From a virus (taxonomy: Duplodnaviria; Heunggongvirae; Uroviricota; Caudoviricetes): a DNA stretch of 48,828 nucleotides. The stretch lies in the IMG/VR virus record IMGVR_UViG_3300045988_154803; one strand, 5' to 3'. The notes beneath the pieces are model-generated. The model searched no databases. It saw nothing but the letters and a program-made list of their open reading frames with translations, and had not been told where the DNA came from. Shown piece by piece: positions 35,503 through 45,907 of this stretch; positions within the stretch are counted from its first letter, which is position 1; the number at the start of each line of letters is the position of its first letter. The position numbers were made by a program, and so were the translations under genes.

Positions 35503-35894
35503 TACTTCTTATTACCTTTTTTTTGCGTTGATTTTTTCGCATTACTGGTATCAGAAGTAGCTACAGATTCAGATGAATCATCAGCAACCGTTTCCTCATT
35601 GCCGCCATCATCCTCAAACTCAACCTCGAATACACAGCTACCCGCCTCCGTTCGCGTAATCAACCCCGCGTCCACAGCATCATTAACAGCAGATGCGTAT
35701 CCATGCTCAAAAGCTAACTTAGCAGCATCATAGCCCCCGGCCGATGCCAAATCACCATCCTCTTCGGTGGCAATAGCATGTCCTGACGCAATCAGTTCGG
35801 CAATTCTGGAGTTATCCATTAGCCCATTAAGCAAACGGCCCGCTTTTAGCGAGCCGTGGCTTATCGTATCAATGTTTTTAATCAGTCTGGCCAT
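35502..35894 (-). CDS. Hypothetical head-associated protein (acidic, K-rich tail)
   Basis: 130-aa ORF immediately after major capsid gene. Confidence 0.35.
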   Translation of the reverse strand: MARLIKNIDTISHGSLKAGRLLNGLMDNSRIAELIASGHAIATEEDGDLASAGGYDAAKLAFEHGYASAVNDAVDAGLITRTEAGSCVFEVEFEDDGGNEETVADDSSESVATSDTSNAKKSTQKKGNKK

Positions 35895-36938
35895 TTAAAC
35901 CACCTTAGCCACCAGATAGGCATCAGCCACACCAGGATTAGGCAGTGGAGATGACTTCATGGCAACATAACGGCCAGCCGGCTTACGAGTTACCCAGGTG
36001 TCTGGAACTCGTGGTGACTCAACAATCGTTAGAGTCTTTTCGGCGTCATCTACAAGCTCTACAGCACCATACAGCATCGTTCCTCGACCAGGAGAGCCAA
36101 AGAGGATCTTATCTTCCGGTACTAATGGTTCTGGTTTTCCTGTTTTATCATTGCGAATAAGTTCGTCGTAACCATAAAAATCGACACCTTCAAGATTGCC
36201 ATAATGAGTTACGCCTTCTTCTAACTCCTTAGGCTCAATATACCCAAGCTCTTTTCGGCGATTATCAAGATATTTAGTTACTGCTTCATTTTTAACGAAA
36301 GCATCAACAACTTTTGCGCCCATTACGGCAACACGAGGTGTAAAACCTGAAGTTAGTGATACCCGACGTTTCCAGTTGCGAACATTGACCAACGGATCTG
36401 ATTTTGCAGCACTCCATAAATCATCACCTGTCAGTTCAAGATATGGTTTATCTCCTTCCTCTTCAGGCCAAAAATAAACTGTGTCATCCACACCTTCACC
36501 AACAATATCAACCTGCCCCGTAAACAAGACTTGTGCACACATCCATTCTTCACGGCGGTTAACCATTTCATCAAGCTCAAGCAAATCTTTACCTAATTGC
36601 TCGGCGGCTCGTTCTGCTGGCGATTTTGCGTTGTAAATATTCTCACCCGGAAGCCTGTTTAAAAGCAGCTCTGCTGTTGTTACCAAATCAGGTGCAACAA
36701 GTGGTGGCTCCAGAGTTCTCGTTACAAAGCCGCGTCGCTCAACGGTTTTTGAGCCAAAACCTTTACCAACAAACGGAGCCATAGTACGGCCACCGCGAAC
36801 AAAATCCAGATCAACTTTCTTTGTATTAAAGGTCTGAACACCAGGAAAAAAGGTACGAAGAAGAAAACGACGAGCCTTGAAATTCTGAATAACAGGCTCA
36901 AGCATTGTACGTCGTTCAAAAATATCAATATTCGGCAT
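35895..36938 (-). CDS. Major capsid protein, lambda gpE-like
   Basis: 347 aa; N-terminal FLLRTFFP resembles lambda E LFLRLFF; position after decoration protein. Confidence 0.75.
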   Translation of the reverse strand: MPNIDIFERRTMLEPVIQNFKARRFLLRTFFPGVQTFNTKKVDLDFVRGGRTMAPFVGKGFGSKTVERRGFVTRTLEPPLVAPDLVTTAELLLNRLPGENIYNAKSPAERAAEQLGKDLLELDEMVNRREEWMCAQVLFTGQVDIVGEGVDDTVYFWPEEEGDKPYLELTGDDLWSAAKSDPLVNVRNWKRRVSLTSGFTPRVAVMGAKVVDAFVKNEAVTKYLDNRRKELGYIEPKELEEGVTHYGNLEGVDFYGYDELIRNDKTGKPEPLVPEDKILFGSPGRGTMLYGAVELVDDAEKTLTIVESPRVPDTWVTRKPAGRYVAMKSSPLPNPGVADAYLVAKVV

Positions 36939-36958
36939 AAAAATACGACCTCTTTATA

Positions 36959-37342
36959 TTATGCAGATGGATTTTGTTGTGCGGTGTTAAGGAATATCCC
37001 AACCTTCCGGCAAGCCAGATATACATCGGCAATCTTTGCTGATTCAGGAAGGATAACCGCATGTGCATTGAACATTCCGGTCAGCCATGCTGTTCCAACT
37101 TGCGCTGAATCAGTCGCATCAATACTGTGTTGAGCGATACAATACGGTTCTTTTGCCACCCCCTCACCAGAGAGATTTATTGGTGCTACAGTGACAACAT
37201 TTGTTGTCTGATCAATACTGACAAAAGCAAGCAACTCACCTCGATTTACTTTACCGCTGGCAAGTTTAATACTTGTTGTAATTGCTGGCATACCACCAGA
37301 AATAATCAGATTATCTGGTTCAAATGAAAAAGACTCTCGCAT
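36959..37342 (-). CDS. Head decoration protein, lambda gpD-like
   Basis: 127 aa; position between protease and capsid. Confidence 0.55.
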   Translation of the reverse strand: MRESFSFEPDNLIISGGMPAITTSIKLASGKVNRGELLAFVSIDQTTNVVTVAPINLSGEGVAKEPYCIAQHSIDATDSAQVGTAWLTGMFNAHAVILPESAKIADVYLACRKVGIFLNTAQQNPSA

Positions 37343-37351
37343 AAACTCACC

Positions 37352-38440
37352 TTAATTTTTATCGCGGTTTTTAAATACTGACCCAATAACATTTTTTACT
37401 ACTTCAGCTTGTTTATCTCCGTTGTTTTCTGGTTGATTAACATCAACTGAATCATTCACCTCATTTGCGTCTTCTTGCCGTTGATTAAGAAAGTTTTTGT
37501 TACGCGCTCGCTCTGCATTCATAATTTCCAAAGCAAGTTCAGCCGCAGAAACTCCCGTTTTGAATTTTGCATTCTTAACCAGGTCGTCATGACCTGGAAT
37601 CACGCTATTCTCGATTGTTTCAATGCGCTCGCGTTCTGATTTAACGCCCTCGTCTTTACCAGCATTAAAAACCTGATTGTATAATTCTGGATGTTTATTT
37701 TTTAATTCATCAAGAGTCACAACATCGTCCTCATTTTGTTCATTTAATTCAGTAGATAATTCATTTTTATTTTGTGGCAACTTTGCGAGCGAATCAGGTA
37801 ATTTTGAAAACCTTGATGCTTCAAAAGTTATTCCATTGAGCGAAAGCATCCCTTCCTTTATAGAAGCGGATAAGCGCATTGGTTTTTCAACTTCGTCAGC
37901 AAATCCAAGCTCTACAGCCTCTTCTGCATTTAGCCATGTTTCCTGATCCATTAGTTCAATTAATTTATCCTCAGAAAGCCCTGTTTTCTCCTTATATGCA
38001 GATAAAATACTATCTCGTATCTTATCCATCATCTCAGCAATATCACGTAGTTCATCCGCATCACCAGCAGCAAATGTCCACGGATTATGGATCATCATCA
38101 TAGCATTAGATGGGATAACAACTTTATCACCTGCCATTGCAATAATGGTTGCAGCCGATGCAGCAATACCATCAATATAAACAGTAATATTAGCCTTATG
38201 ACGTTTTAATGAAGAAAGAATAGCTTGAGCAGTAAAAACAGAACCACCATAACTATTAATTTTTACGTTGATAGCATTTGATGATATATCCTTTAATTTA
38301 TTAACTATGTCAGAAGAAGAAACCTCATCAAATTCGCCAATATATCCGTAGATTAAAAGTTCAGCCGGAGAGTCATCTTCACCCGTGCTATTTTTTATTT
38401 CCCACCAATTAGGCATCATCTGTCTCCATATTTTGTTCAT
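37352..38440 (-). CDS. Head maturation protease/scaffold (S49/ClpP-like, lambda gpC-like)
   Basis: INSYGGSVFTAQAILSSLKRHKANITVYIDGIAASAATIIAMAGDKVV protease core; acidic C-terminal half. Confidence 0.85.
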   Translation of the reverse strand: MNKIWRQMMPNWWEIKNSTGEDDSPAELLIYGYIGEFDEVSSSDIVNKLKDISSNAINVKINSYGGSVFTAQAILSSLKRHKANITVYIDGIAASAATIIAMAGDKVVIPSNAMMMIHNPWTFAAGDADELRDIAEMMDKIRDSILSAYKEKTGLSEDKLIELMDQETWLNAEEAVELGFADEVEKPMRLSASIKEGMLSLNGITFEASRFSKLPDSLAKLPQNKNELSTELNEQNEDDVVTLDELKNKHPELYNQVFNAGKDEGVKSERERIETIENSVIPGHDDLVKNAKFKTGVSAAELALEIMNAERARNKNFLNQRQEDANEVNDSVDVNQPENNGDKQAEVVKNVIGSVFKNRDKN

Positions 38441-39983
38441 TTACCTCAGAAACAGGAGGCGTAATCAGCCCCAACTCACGGCGAGCATTCTCTTCTCTGC
38501 CACAAATTTGTGCGGTTTCTTCCCAGTTAAGACCTGACATTTCAGCCGCTTCCTTTTCACGGGTAGAGAATGTTTCCTCAACACGCAGTTTTGCAGCTTT
38601 GACTTCTTTAAGGGGATCTAATTGGCCTTGTGATGGGCCATACCATTGAGCGCCACTCCATGCAGCGCGATATTCAGGCCCATAAAAAAAACCAGGGGCA
38701 ATAACACGACCTTTAGCAACGGCTTCGGCCAACCATTCCTCATAGATCGGTTGGCAAAATGACTGAACCATCCAGTCACGTCGCATACGGAACATTTTCC
38801 AGGCTTCAAGTAATGCGACCCTGCTTGCGCTATAACTTGCTGTAAAATGCTTTACCAAGAGTTCGTAAGGGAGTTCTAAAGCAGCCCCAATTTGACGGCA
38901 TATGGCGACAACAAAACCATCAAATGCCGTATTTGGTCGCCCGGGATTTGCTGTATCTATCGACTCACCTTCACCCAAACTTACTATGGAGCCATTCCCC
39001 ATTTCTTGGGTGTTATCATCATGGTTATCGATCTGCTCGTACTGAGGGATACCCGATTCACCGACTGGTCCATCAGGAGCGTCTGTTTTAATAAAGACAG
39101 TAAACATCCCTGACACAACCGCAGCAACCAATTCAGCATCGGTGTATCGTCCTAACTGCTTCAATGCTTCAATAACAGGAGCAAGGACAGGAACGCCACG
39201 ACGTTGCCCAGGCCTTTCAAAATCCTGCATGACATGCAGAATATTTCTTCTTCCTGTTTTACTCCCATATGCGGGAATACGTTCCCACTTGCGGGTTACA
39301 AAACCAGAAGTCCCGGCTGGGTGATGTTTTGCAACCCAGTACGCCACAGGCTCGCTAAATTCACCAACCTCTACGCCACCGTAAAGATTTGGTATAAAAC
39401 GATCCTCTGGATTGCAAACACGATCACCTTCAATTAAATAGACGCACAAATCATATATAACACCCTTACGCTTAATAACTGGTAGCGCAGCAAATATATC
39501 GCCAGATGTTAACGCAGATATTTGGACCAATGATTGCAATTGTCCAAAAGTACACATTCTTGATGCATCACAATTTGGAGAATCAGCCCATAATCTAAAC
39601 TCACGCTCAACATGCTTTTCCCATGCTCGCGCTTCTTCCTGCGTCATCCCCAAGAAATCGGCATCAATGTTCGCATTTAGTTTTAAACCGGAACCAACAA
39701 CGTTTGTCCTGATAGTTTTTATTGCGCCAACCGATAGCGGGTTTCCCATGAAGAGATCACGAGAACGCTCACGCAATTTATCTATATTTTTAACAATATC
39801 ATCATCAGGAGAACCAGCTTTACTAAACCAACCCCTTAATGATTTTTTATGAGTGCTTGCACCATGACGTGAATATCCAAGGTTATTAATACCTTCAAGT
39901 GCTTCTAACCGTTTTCTTGCCAAAGCTCGATTTAATGCCCTCTGAGGTGAAAACGGCGCAATAACTCGATCAAGAATATTCAT
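38409..39983 (-). CDS. Portal protein (lambda gpB-like)
   Basis: 524 aa; between gpW-like and protease. Confidence 0.8.
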   Translation of the reverse strand: MNILDRVIAPFSPQRALNRALARKRLEALEGINNLGYSRHGASTHKKSLRGWFSKAGSPDDDIVKNIDKLRERSRDLFMGNPLSVGAIKTIRTNVVGSGLKLNANIDADFLGMTQEEARAWEKHVEREFRLWADSPNCDASRMCTFGQLQSLVQISALTSGDIFAALPVIKRKGVIYDLCVYLIEGDRVCNPEDRFIPNLYGGVEVGEFSEPVAYWVAKHHPAGTSGFVTRKWERIPAYGSKTGRRNILHVMQDFERPGQRRGVPVLAPVIEALKQLGRYTDAELVAAVVSGMFTVFIKTDAPDGPVGESGIPQYEQIDNHDDNTQEMGNGSIVSLGEGESIDTANPGRPNTAFDGFVVAICRQIGAALELPYELLVKHFTASYSASRVALLEAWKMFRMRRDWMVQSFCQPIYEEWLAEAVAKGRVIAPGFFYGPEYRAAWSGAQWYGPSQGQLDPLKEVKAAKLRVEETFSTREKEAAEMSGLNWEETAQICGREENARRELGLITPPVSEVNEQNMETDDA

Positions 39984-40219
39984 AAATCTCTTATCACCAC
40001 TCGTTTAATTCGTGGGCCTCGGCGTATACCTGCTGATAATCTTTCTACTTCATTACGCCAGTAATCCATCTCTTTTCTGACTTCTGATAAATCCGCACGA
40101 GTTAACTGCCGCGTACCAAATTTATATGACTGACCGCCAATAGCAATAGCGCGATATGCTTCCCGCCAGACAGATAACATCTCTCTGGCTTCAGTCAGAG
40201 AAAATGCTTCATTGTTCAT
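39980..40219 (-). CDS. Head-tail joining protein, gpW-like
   Basis: 79 aa; immediately after terminase large subunit. Confidence 0.5.
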   Translation of the reverse strand: MNNEAFSLTEAREMLSVWREAYRAIAIGGQSYKFGTRQLTRADLSEVRKEMDYWRNEVERLSAGIRRGPRIKRVVIRDL

Positions 40220-40230
40220 TTATATTTCCT

Positions 40231-42087
40231 CTATATGGTTACGCCTTTACTTATAACTCTACGGCGTCTTCTACGTATACCTGACGAGTTCTGCACATAC
40301 ACATTACCTCGCATTTCCTGTTCGGCAAGCCAGTTAAAATTAGGGTTCAGAATTTCCATCGCGGCAGTTGCATAGTTACGGCAATCAAGAGGCTCGTTAC
40401 GCTCGTAGACTTTCACCCACTTTTCTTTTGTCTGCCCATTTTTATATTCAAATATTTTCTTCTCTGATAATAATCCTTTAAAGTATTCGGTATCATATCC
40501 TCTGTCAGAATCTAATGGGAAATGCATATAACCAGGACCAGGATCATGTAGTTTAATTCTTGCCATGATGGTCCCTTTACCATCATCAACCCCCAAATTA
40601 AACAACATAGCACCCACACGGTTATTATTACTTGGCTTTCCTATAAATGGTAAACCTACCCCACCACGCCCCCTGATAGAGTATATTCGCCTTGATTCTC
40701 TCGGCTTAGTAAAGCGATATACCTCTGTCGTAAAATGCCCACCAGAGTCAATACAAACGGAAGAAATCTGTAATTTTCGACCGTCACGGAATGACCAGCT
40801 ACGGAGTAAGTATTCATCAAGTTGTTTCCAGACAACATCTTGTGCGGGATCACCTGGGAATATTTTATATTCTATCCCCCATGACTCCTTACCTTTTCCC
40901 CAACCGACCAATTCACAAACTAAATACGTGTCCTGTACGTCAACACCAGCACTTAACAATAAAACATCATCTGGTAAAAACTCTTCAAACCTTATTCTGC
41001 GTTGCAACAAGTATTCAGGATCGATATCGTCTTTAGCATCCTCTTTCCATGGCTCACCCAGCTTAAGGTTAATAAACTCCATTAATCCATTTTTATCGCG
41101 GTTTCTGGTTGCTTCCGTAAATTCTTCAACCAGCTCTGACAATGCAACCCACGGGGAGTAAAGACTGTTAATATGAAAACCAACAATACCTTTAACTCCA
41201 GTATGTTCAGCTATCCATACCCCCTTCGCCAACCAATCAACGTCTGGTTTACCAGATCCGCGCATAATCCCGCCGCACTCACAGCACTCATATCTGGCCG
41301 TTTCCGGTAACGCCTCACCTGAATCGCTCTTATCCCATCTGACTTGCGACCATTTCATCACCTGCATGGTGCCACAACATGGGCAAGGAACATGGTAGTA
41401 ACGCTGATCGGAGAGCTTAAACCACTTGTGGATTTTGCTCGTTTCCTCCAAAACAGGAGTAGAAACAAAAACTTTCTTACGATTATGAAAGTTGGTAGTA
41501 CGCTGAATACCTAGTTTTAGTGGGTCGCCCTCCTGCGTCACACCGTAACGATCAATCTCATCAGCTAACAGTATTCGAATTGGCCTGGATGCAAGACCTG
41601 CTGGGGAATTAGCACCAACAAGTGCTATATATCCACCAGCGTAATGCTTCATACGTATAGTCGTGCTGGACTTTTTGGCTGCACCGCGCCCCTCTTTCCC
41701 TTCATGCAGCTTGTGTTTCAAACCAGGGGAATATTTGAACGTCGGATCAATACGCTCTTTTGAAAAAGCCTCAGCCGCCTCTACCGTTGGATAAATCATC
41801 AACTGAGGAGATGGCTCCTGATCTGCAAAGTAACCCATAACATTTAGCTGTAATTCGGATTTACCAATTTGCGAGCTACATTGCATCACTACTGTTTCTG
41901 TATCAGCGTCACCAATAACATCCATTGGTTCACGCAAATATGGCACTCGGCTTGTACGCCACGGCCCTGGCTCTGGAGACGTTCCCGGCGCTACATGACG
42001 ATACTTATCAGCCCATTCGGAAACAGTTAGCCGTGATTTAGGGCGAAGCGCACGGAAAAAAGCGGTGCTCCATACTGTTTCGCCCAT
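40231..42087 (-). CDS. Terminase large subunit (lambda gpA-like)
   Basis: 618 aa; N-terminal ...TVSEWADKYRHV resembles gpA ...TAVEWADANYYL; ATPase/nuclease size class. Confidence 0.9.
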   Translation of the reverse strand: MGETVWSTAFFRALRPKSRLTVSEWADKYRHVAPGTSPEPGPWRTSRVPYLREPMDVIGDADTETVVMQCSSQIGKSELQLNVMGYFADQEPSPQLMIYPTVEAAEAFSKERIDPTFKYSPGLKHKLHEGKEGRGAAKKSSTTIRMKHYAGGYIALVGANSPAGLASRPIRILLADEIDRYGVTQEGDPLKLGIQRTTNFHNRKKVFVSTPVLEETSKIHKWFKLSDQRYYHVPCPCCGTMQVMKWSQVRWDKSDSGEALPETARYECCECGGIMRGSGKPDVDWLAKGVWIAEHTGVKGIVGFHINSLYSPWVALSELVEEFTEATRNRDKNGLMEFINLKLGEPWKEDAKDDIDPEYLLQRRIRFEEFLPDDVLLLSAGVDVQDTYLVCELVGWGKGKESWGIEYKIFPGDPAQDVVWKQLDEYLLRSWSFRDGRKLQISSVCIDSGGHFTTEVYRFTKPRESRRIYSIRGRGGVGLPFIGKPSNNNRVGAMLFNLGVDDGKGTIMARIKLHDPGPGYMHFPLDSDRGYDTEYFKGLLSEKKIFEYKNGQTKEKWVKVYERNEPLDCRNYATAAMEILNPNFNWLAEQEMRGNVYVQNSSGIRRRRRRVISKGVTI

Positions 42088-42092
42088 GAGGT

Positions 42093-42653
42093 TTATTCTT
42101 CCTGCTTAATAAATCGGGATTCCTGGAGCGCCTGAAGCGCAAAATTAATCTCGTCTTCAATAATGCGTTCGATCTCCCTGGCTGTTTTGCCTTCACAACG
42201 GGGAGCTGCTCTTGGAGCAATACTAAATAAGCGGCTACGCAATTCATTAGCTGCCAGAAATGCATCATCCCTGACCGCATCTTTAGCGATGAGAGAGCCT
42301 TCCTTTTCTTCAAATTCAAGGCGTTTCAGCTTTGCCTGATAAATTTTTTCTGCGGTCTTAGCCTTGTTGAATTGCACCGCAACACCGGAAGTACCACCAG
42401 CTAATCCGGCATCATCAGCGGGTAACTCTGGTTGTTCCGAAGATATCCCATGCCCTCTTTTTCCATTTTCAGCAGATACCTCACGACCAACCTGTCGGCT
42501 CGCTTCATAAGCCGCACTGGCTTTATCAAAATCCAGCTTGCCGCTTTTCAGCACTGGAATGCGACCGGAACGACAGAGCTTCGTAACCATTGCCGGAGAA
42601 ATACCTTTCCGGCGAGCAAACTCTGACTTACTGACGATGGCCATTACTTGCAA
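42093..42653 (-). CDS. Terminase small subunit (N-terminal HTH)
   Basis: 186 aa; MAIVSKSEFARRKGISPAMVTKLCRSGRI HTH; upstream of large subunit. Confidence 0.6.
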   Translation of the reverse strand: MQVMAIVSKSEFARRKGISPAMVTKLCRSGRIPVLKSGKLDFDKASAAYEASRQVGREVSAENGKRGHGISSEQPELPADDAGLAGGTSGVAVQFNKAKTAEKIYQAKLKRLEFEEKEGSLIAKDAVRDDAFLAANELRSRLFSIAPRAAPRCEGKTAREIERIIEDEINFALQALQESRFIKQEE

Positions 42654-43234
42654 CCATTAGCAAGATACTGAACAAATCCCTCATGCGTTTCATGCGCGTC
42701 GTGGTACTGACGATAAACATCCAGCAACAATGCAATTTCCATATCCGTCGCGGGAATACGTTCTTTATCAATAGCCAGGTACTTAATTTGAACAACAGGG
42801 GAAGAATTATCGTCTTCTTCCTGCGGCTGTTCATCGCTTAACATTTCGTCAAGCTCTGCATCATTAAACCCAAGCAGATCAATATCAAAATCATCATCCA
42901 TTAACTCTTTGACTTCTTCGGCCAGAAGCTGCATATCCCAGCCAGCATTTAAGGCCAGCTTGTTATCTGCAATCCTGTAAGCCTTCTTCTGTTTTTCAGA
43001 AAGGTTACTCAACCGAATCGCCGGAACTTTATCCATTTCCAGAATTTCGGCTGCTGCAAGCCGACCATGCCCCGCAATCAGTTCATTCTTTTCATCGATC
43101 AGCACAGGATTAGTGAAACCGAACTCACGGATACTGTTCACCAACTGTTCAACCTGCTCATCTGAATGAGTCCGTGAATTTTTGGCGTATCTGAGCAGCT
43201 TACCGACTGGTAAATATTCGATTTTTAGAGCCAT
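42644..43234 (-). CDS. ParB-like nuclease domain protein (paralog 1)
   Basis: ParB/Srx N-domain: ...TNPVLIDEKNELIAGHGRLAAA...; paralogous to 45901-46524. Confidence 0.8.
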   Translation of the reverse strand: MALKIEYLPVGKLLRYAKNSRTHSDEQVEQLVNSIREFGFTNPVLIDEKNELIAGHGRLAAAEILEMDKVPAIRLSNLSEKQKKAYRIADNKLALNAGWDMQLLAEEVKELMDDDFDIDLLGFNDAELDEMLSDEQPQEEDDNSSPVVQIKYLAIDKERIPATDMEIALLLDVYRQYHDAHETHEGFVQYLANGCK

Positions 43235-43791
43235 TTTTTAACCGCCATAACACAACAGGTTAAAGAAAACTGTTTAACTTATTGATACTAAAAGAGAAAA
43301 ATGACGATCTTTTTACTCATAAAAAATCACACAAACCAGCATAATCATCTGATTTTATTAAGTTTTTATAAGTAAAAAGGATCTTGAGATGGTGTTTTGG
43401 TTAAAATATTGGATGTATTTGCATGATTTATAACGATTTTTATCAGAACAACATCACATTGGTTAAAGATCTGCGCGTATCTTGATGATCTAAAAGAAAA
43501 TTTTCTACTTTCTTTTTACCAGCACAAATACAGCAAAAAATCACGTTTTCCCGATATTTTTCAATGAGATGAGTAAATTTCTTTTACCGCAACTTTTAAC
43601 CTAACTTTTTTCACGTTTAGCTAGCCGAACATCGGGGTTCGAATGACCCGCATCCAACGCTTTTGGCCAGAAGGACCCAATTCTGCCGGACGATGAAACG
43701 ATGCTCGTGCTCCCCCACAGACAGCCAGCGAGCGACGCTACAGAACACAGTGAATACACTCTGCATAACAACACCATCAACCACACGATGA
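43235..43791. promoter_or_regulatory. AT-rich 557-bp non-coding region upstream of packaging operon (candidate late promoter and/or cos site)
   Basis: No credible ORF; AT-rich with homopolymer runs; lambda-type terminase implies a cos site nearby. Confidence 0.3.
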
Positions 43792-44511
43792 TTAACGAGA
43801 GAAGGTCTTAGAAAGAATGTCATCAATAGCCTTTGTGACTTCATCAGCAAACGCATCCTCACCAGCACGCAGCGCCACGCCATGCCAATCAAGACGCTGC
43901 GAATAGTTAGGTTGCTGGATAAACGTAAGGATCAACGTAGGACGCCGCCCAACGCGCTGCCAGACGCCTGGTTGAAGCGGGTTACTTGTACCAGGTCGAA
44001 CAACAAAAAACTCCGTAGGCTTGCCCTGACGGCGATTTTGATGCGCATCTCGCTGAACTCTTAGGCCAGATAAGACCTGCTGTAATTGCCCCCGCGAAAT
44101 ATTCCCGTATTTGTCCAGCTTTGCGCCGGGACCAGGAGCAAGCTGCCAGCCGTTAGGCAAATATCCACCAGCCCTTAGCGCCCCTTCTGAGCGTTTGTAC
44201 TGTCGTTGGCCACCTTCGATTTGCGGAGTCAACGTTACAGGGGCTGGCGTTCCTCCCCATTCACGAGCATACACAATGGCTGTAGGATCACTCTTCTTTG
44301 CGGCCAAAACGTAAGTAGAGTTCTGAATCCACGGCGTGGGCCTGTCAAATACCCGATTAATTTCATTCTTAATCGCAGCCTGAGAAGCCTTTGCCGTTCT
44401 GGTTGCCGCAAGCGCCATTGCGAACGGCAATTCGCGTTCTTCAAGGCGCTGGAGTTGTCGTTGAATATCCTGAGAAGAAAAATCCATCTTTATCTCAATT
44501 CTGTCAGCCAC
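43792..44511 (-). CDS. Hypothetical protein
   Basis: 239-aa ORF between methyltransferase fusion and non-coding region. Confidence 0.45.
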   Translation of the reverse strand: MADRIEIKMDFSSQDIQRQLQRLEERELPFAMALAATRTAKASQAAIKNEINRVFDRPTPWIQNSTYVLAAKKSDPTAIVYAREWGGTPAPVTLTPQIEGGQRQYKRSEGALRAGGYLPNGWQLAPGPGAKLDKYGNISRGQLQQVLSGLRVQRDAHQNRRQGKPTEFFVVRPGTSNPLQPGVWQRVGRRPTLILTFIQQPNYSQRLDWHGVALRAGEDAFADEVTKAIDDILSKTFSR

Positions 44512-44527
44512 CAGCGCCTCCTACACA

Positions 44528-45907
44528 CTACTTAATCAACGGCCGGAAAGCCGCCAGCACATCATCAGATCGTCCGATTGTTGAACCACCAGGCAACGGC
44601 AACTCAAACTCAAAACGAACAGCTTTCTCCAGACTCGCCCAACTAAGGGAATCATCGTTAATGACGTGCAAATACCAGCTCTTACAGTTGAATATTGACC
44701 GCTTAATCCTGAAACCATGTACACGACACAACTGCTTCACTTCATCATCAGAGTGAAACTTCTGGTAAAACCAGTGCCCCTTCCGGTACAACGCGGTAAA
44801 ACCGTTATGATCAATAAAATAAAGCCGGCTTTTGGAACTCGCCGCTTGTGTTTGCTTCAGGACTGTTTCCAGCTCTCCACGGCTACGACCAGAAAAGAAT
44901 ATTGACCCACCAGCTTTACACAGGCCTTTTAGAACCGTCAGAACGGACCATTCAGCCTCGACACTATCGACCGAGTTCAAAACGCTATCGCAAATCACGT
45001 AGTCGTAACGCCCTCGCGTTTTTAAGTCGTCCACCAGCGTATCAATCATCCGGTTTGTTGCGGCCCTATCCAGAGTGTTTCCAGCGCCCTTACGGCGGAA
45101 AAGCTCGAGATCATGCAGGTTATATCCCTTTGCCCTGAGCATTCGCGCGTAGTCTCCCTGCCCCGAACCAAAATCAATTCCTCTTGGCGTCTTGGCAATG
45201 ATCGGGAGGATCAACGACTCATACAGATTTGATTTCAGGCTGCCACCATTACGCAACCGCATAAGCTGCGCATACGTCTGGATGTATGTTGTTTTCTCCA
45301 GATGAGAATACTCAAATACACCATAAGTTTTATTCAGATAACTTTGGTATTTTTCCTTCTCAACATCAGGGATCACAAACACCGTTAGCGGTGTGCGCGT
45401 CATTTTCGCTGCTAATGCATACTGAGCACAGTGAATAACCTCACCAGACTGAGTAGCAACACAACCACCCCACGGACCATACTTGATAACCAGTTCCGCT
45501 ATGTTCTTTCGAACATATGCCATTTTCGCGCGCATATTGCCTGAGATCTGGCTTGCCGATACCTGAACAAAACCATGCTTATCTTCCAGACCGGACACCC
45601 TGCAACGCTCATCTCCGCTATCAAAATCCGTTCCGTTATGCAGTTGGTTAAACCGTACTTCGTCGTATACCGTCGTTTCACAGGGCAACACATACACCGC
45701 AGCACGCGTTATTCCCAACTTACGTAGCGCCTTCGTCCTTTGGTGTCCCGCCACCAGCAAATCGCCGCGCACTATCAATGGCTTCACAAGCCCCAGCTCC
45801 CTGACGCTTTCCGCCAGCCTCGCAAGATCATCCTCACCGATAAAACGCGGGTTATATTCCGCGCCGCGTAGGTGCGTTATGTCGTAATTGAGGTGAAGCA
45901 TCAGCAC
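44528..45907 (-). CDS. ParB N-domain fused to class I SAM-dependent methyltransferase
   Basis: N-terminal ...LVKPLIVRGDLLVAGHQRTKA (ParB-like); C-terminal GIDFGSGQGDYARML ... DYVICDSVL (Rossmann motif I/post-I); no DPPY/W motif. Confidence 0.65.
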   Translation of the reverse strand: MLMLHLNYDITHLRGAEYNPRFIGEDDLARLAESVRELGLVKPLIVRGDLLVAGHQRTKALRKLGITRAAVYVLPCETTVYDEVRFNQLHNGTDFDSGDERCRVSGLEDKHGFVQVSASQISGNMRAKMAYVRKNIAELVIKYGPWGGCVATQSGEVIHCAQYALAAKMTRTPLTVFVIPDVEKEKYQSYLNKTYGVFEYSHLEKTTYIQTYAQLMRLRNGGSLKSNLYESLILPIIAKTPRGIDFGSGQGDYARMLRAKGYNLHDLELFRRKGAGNTLDRAATNRMIDTLVDDLKTRGRYDYVICDSVLNSVDSVEAEWSVLTVLKGLCKAGGSIFFSGRSRGELETVLKQTQAASSKSRLYFIDHNGFTALYRKGHWFYQKFHSDDEVKQLCRVHGFRIKRSIFNCKSWYLHVINDDSLSWASLEKAVRFEFELPLPGGSTIGRSDDVLAAFRPLIK

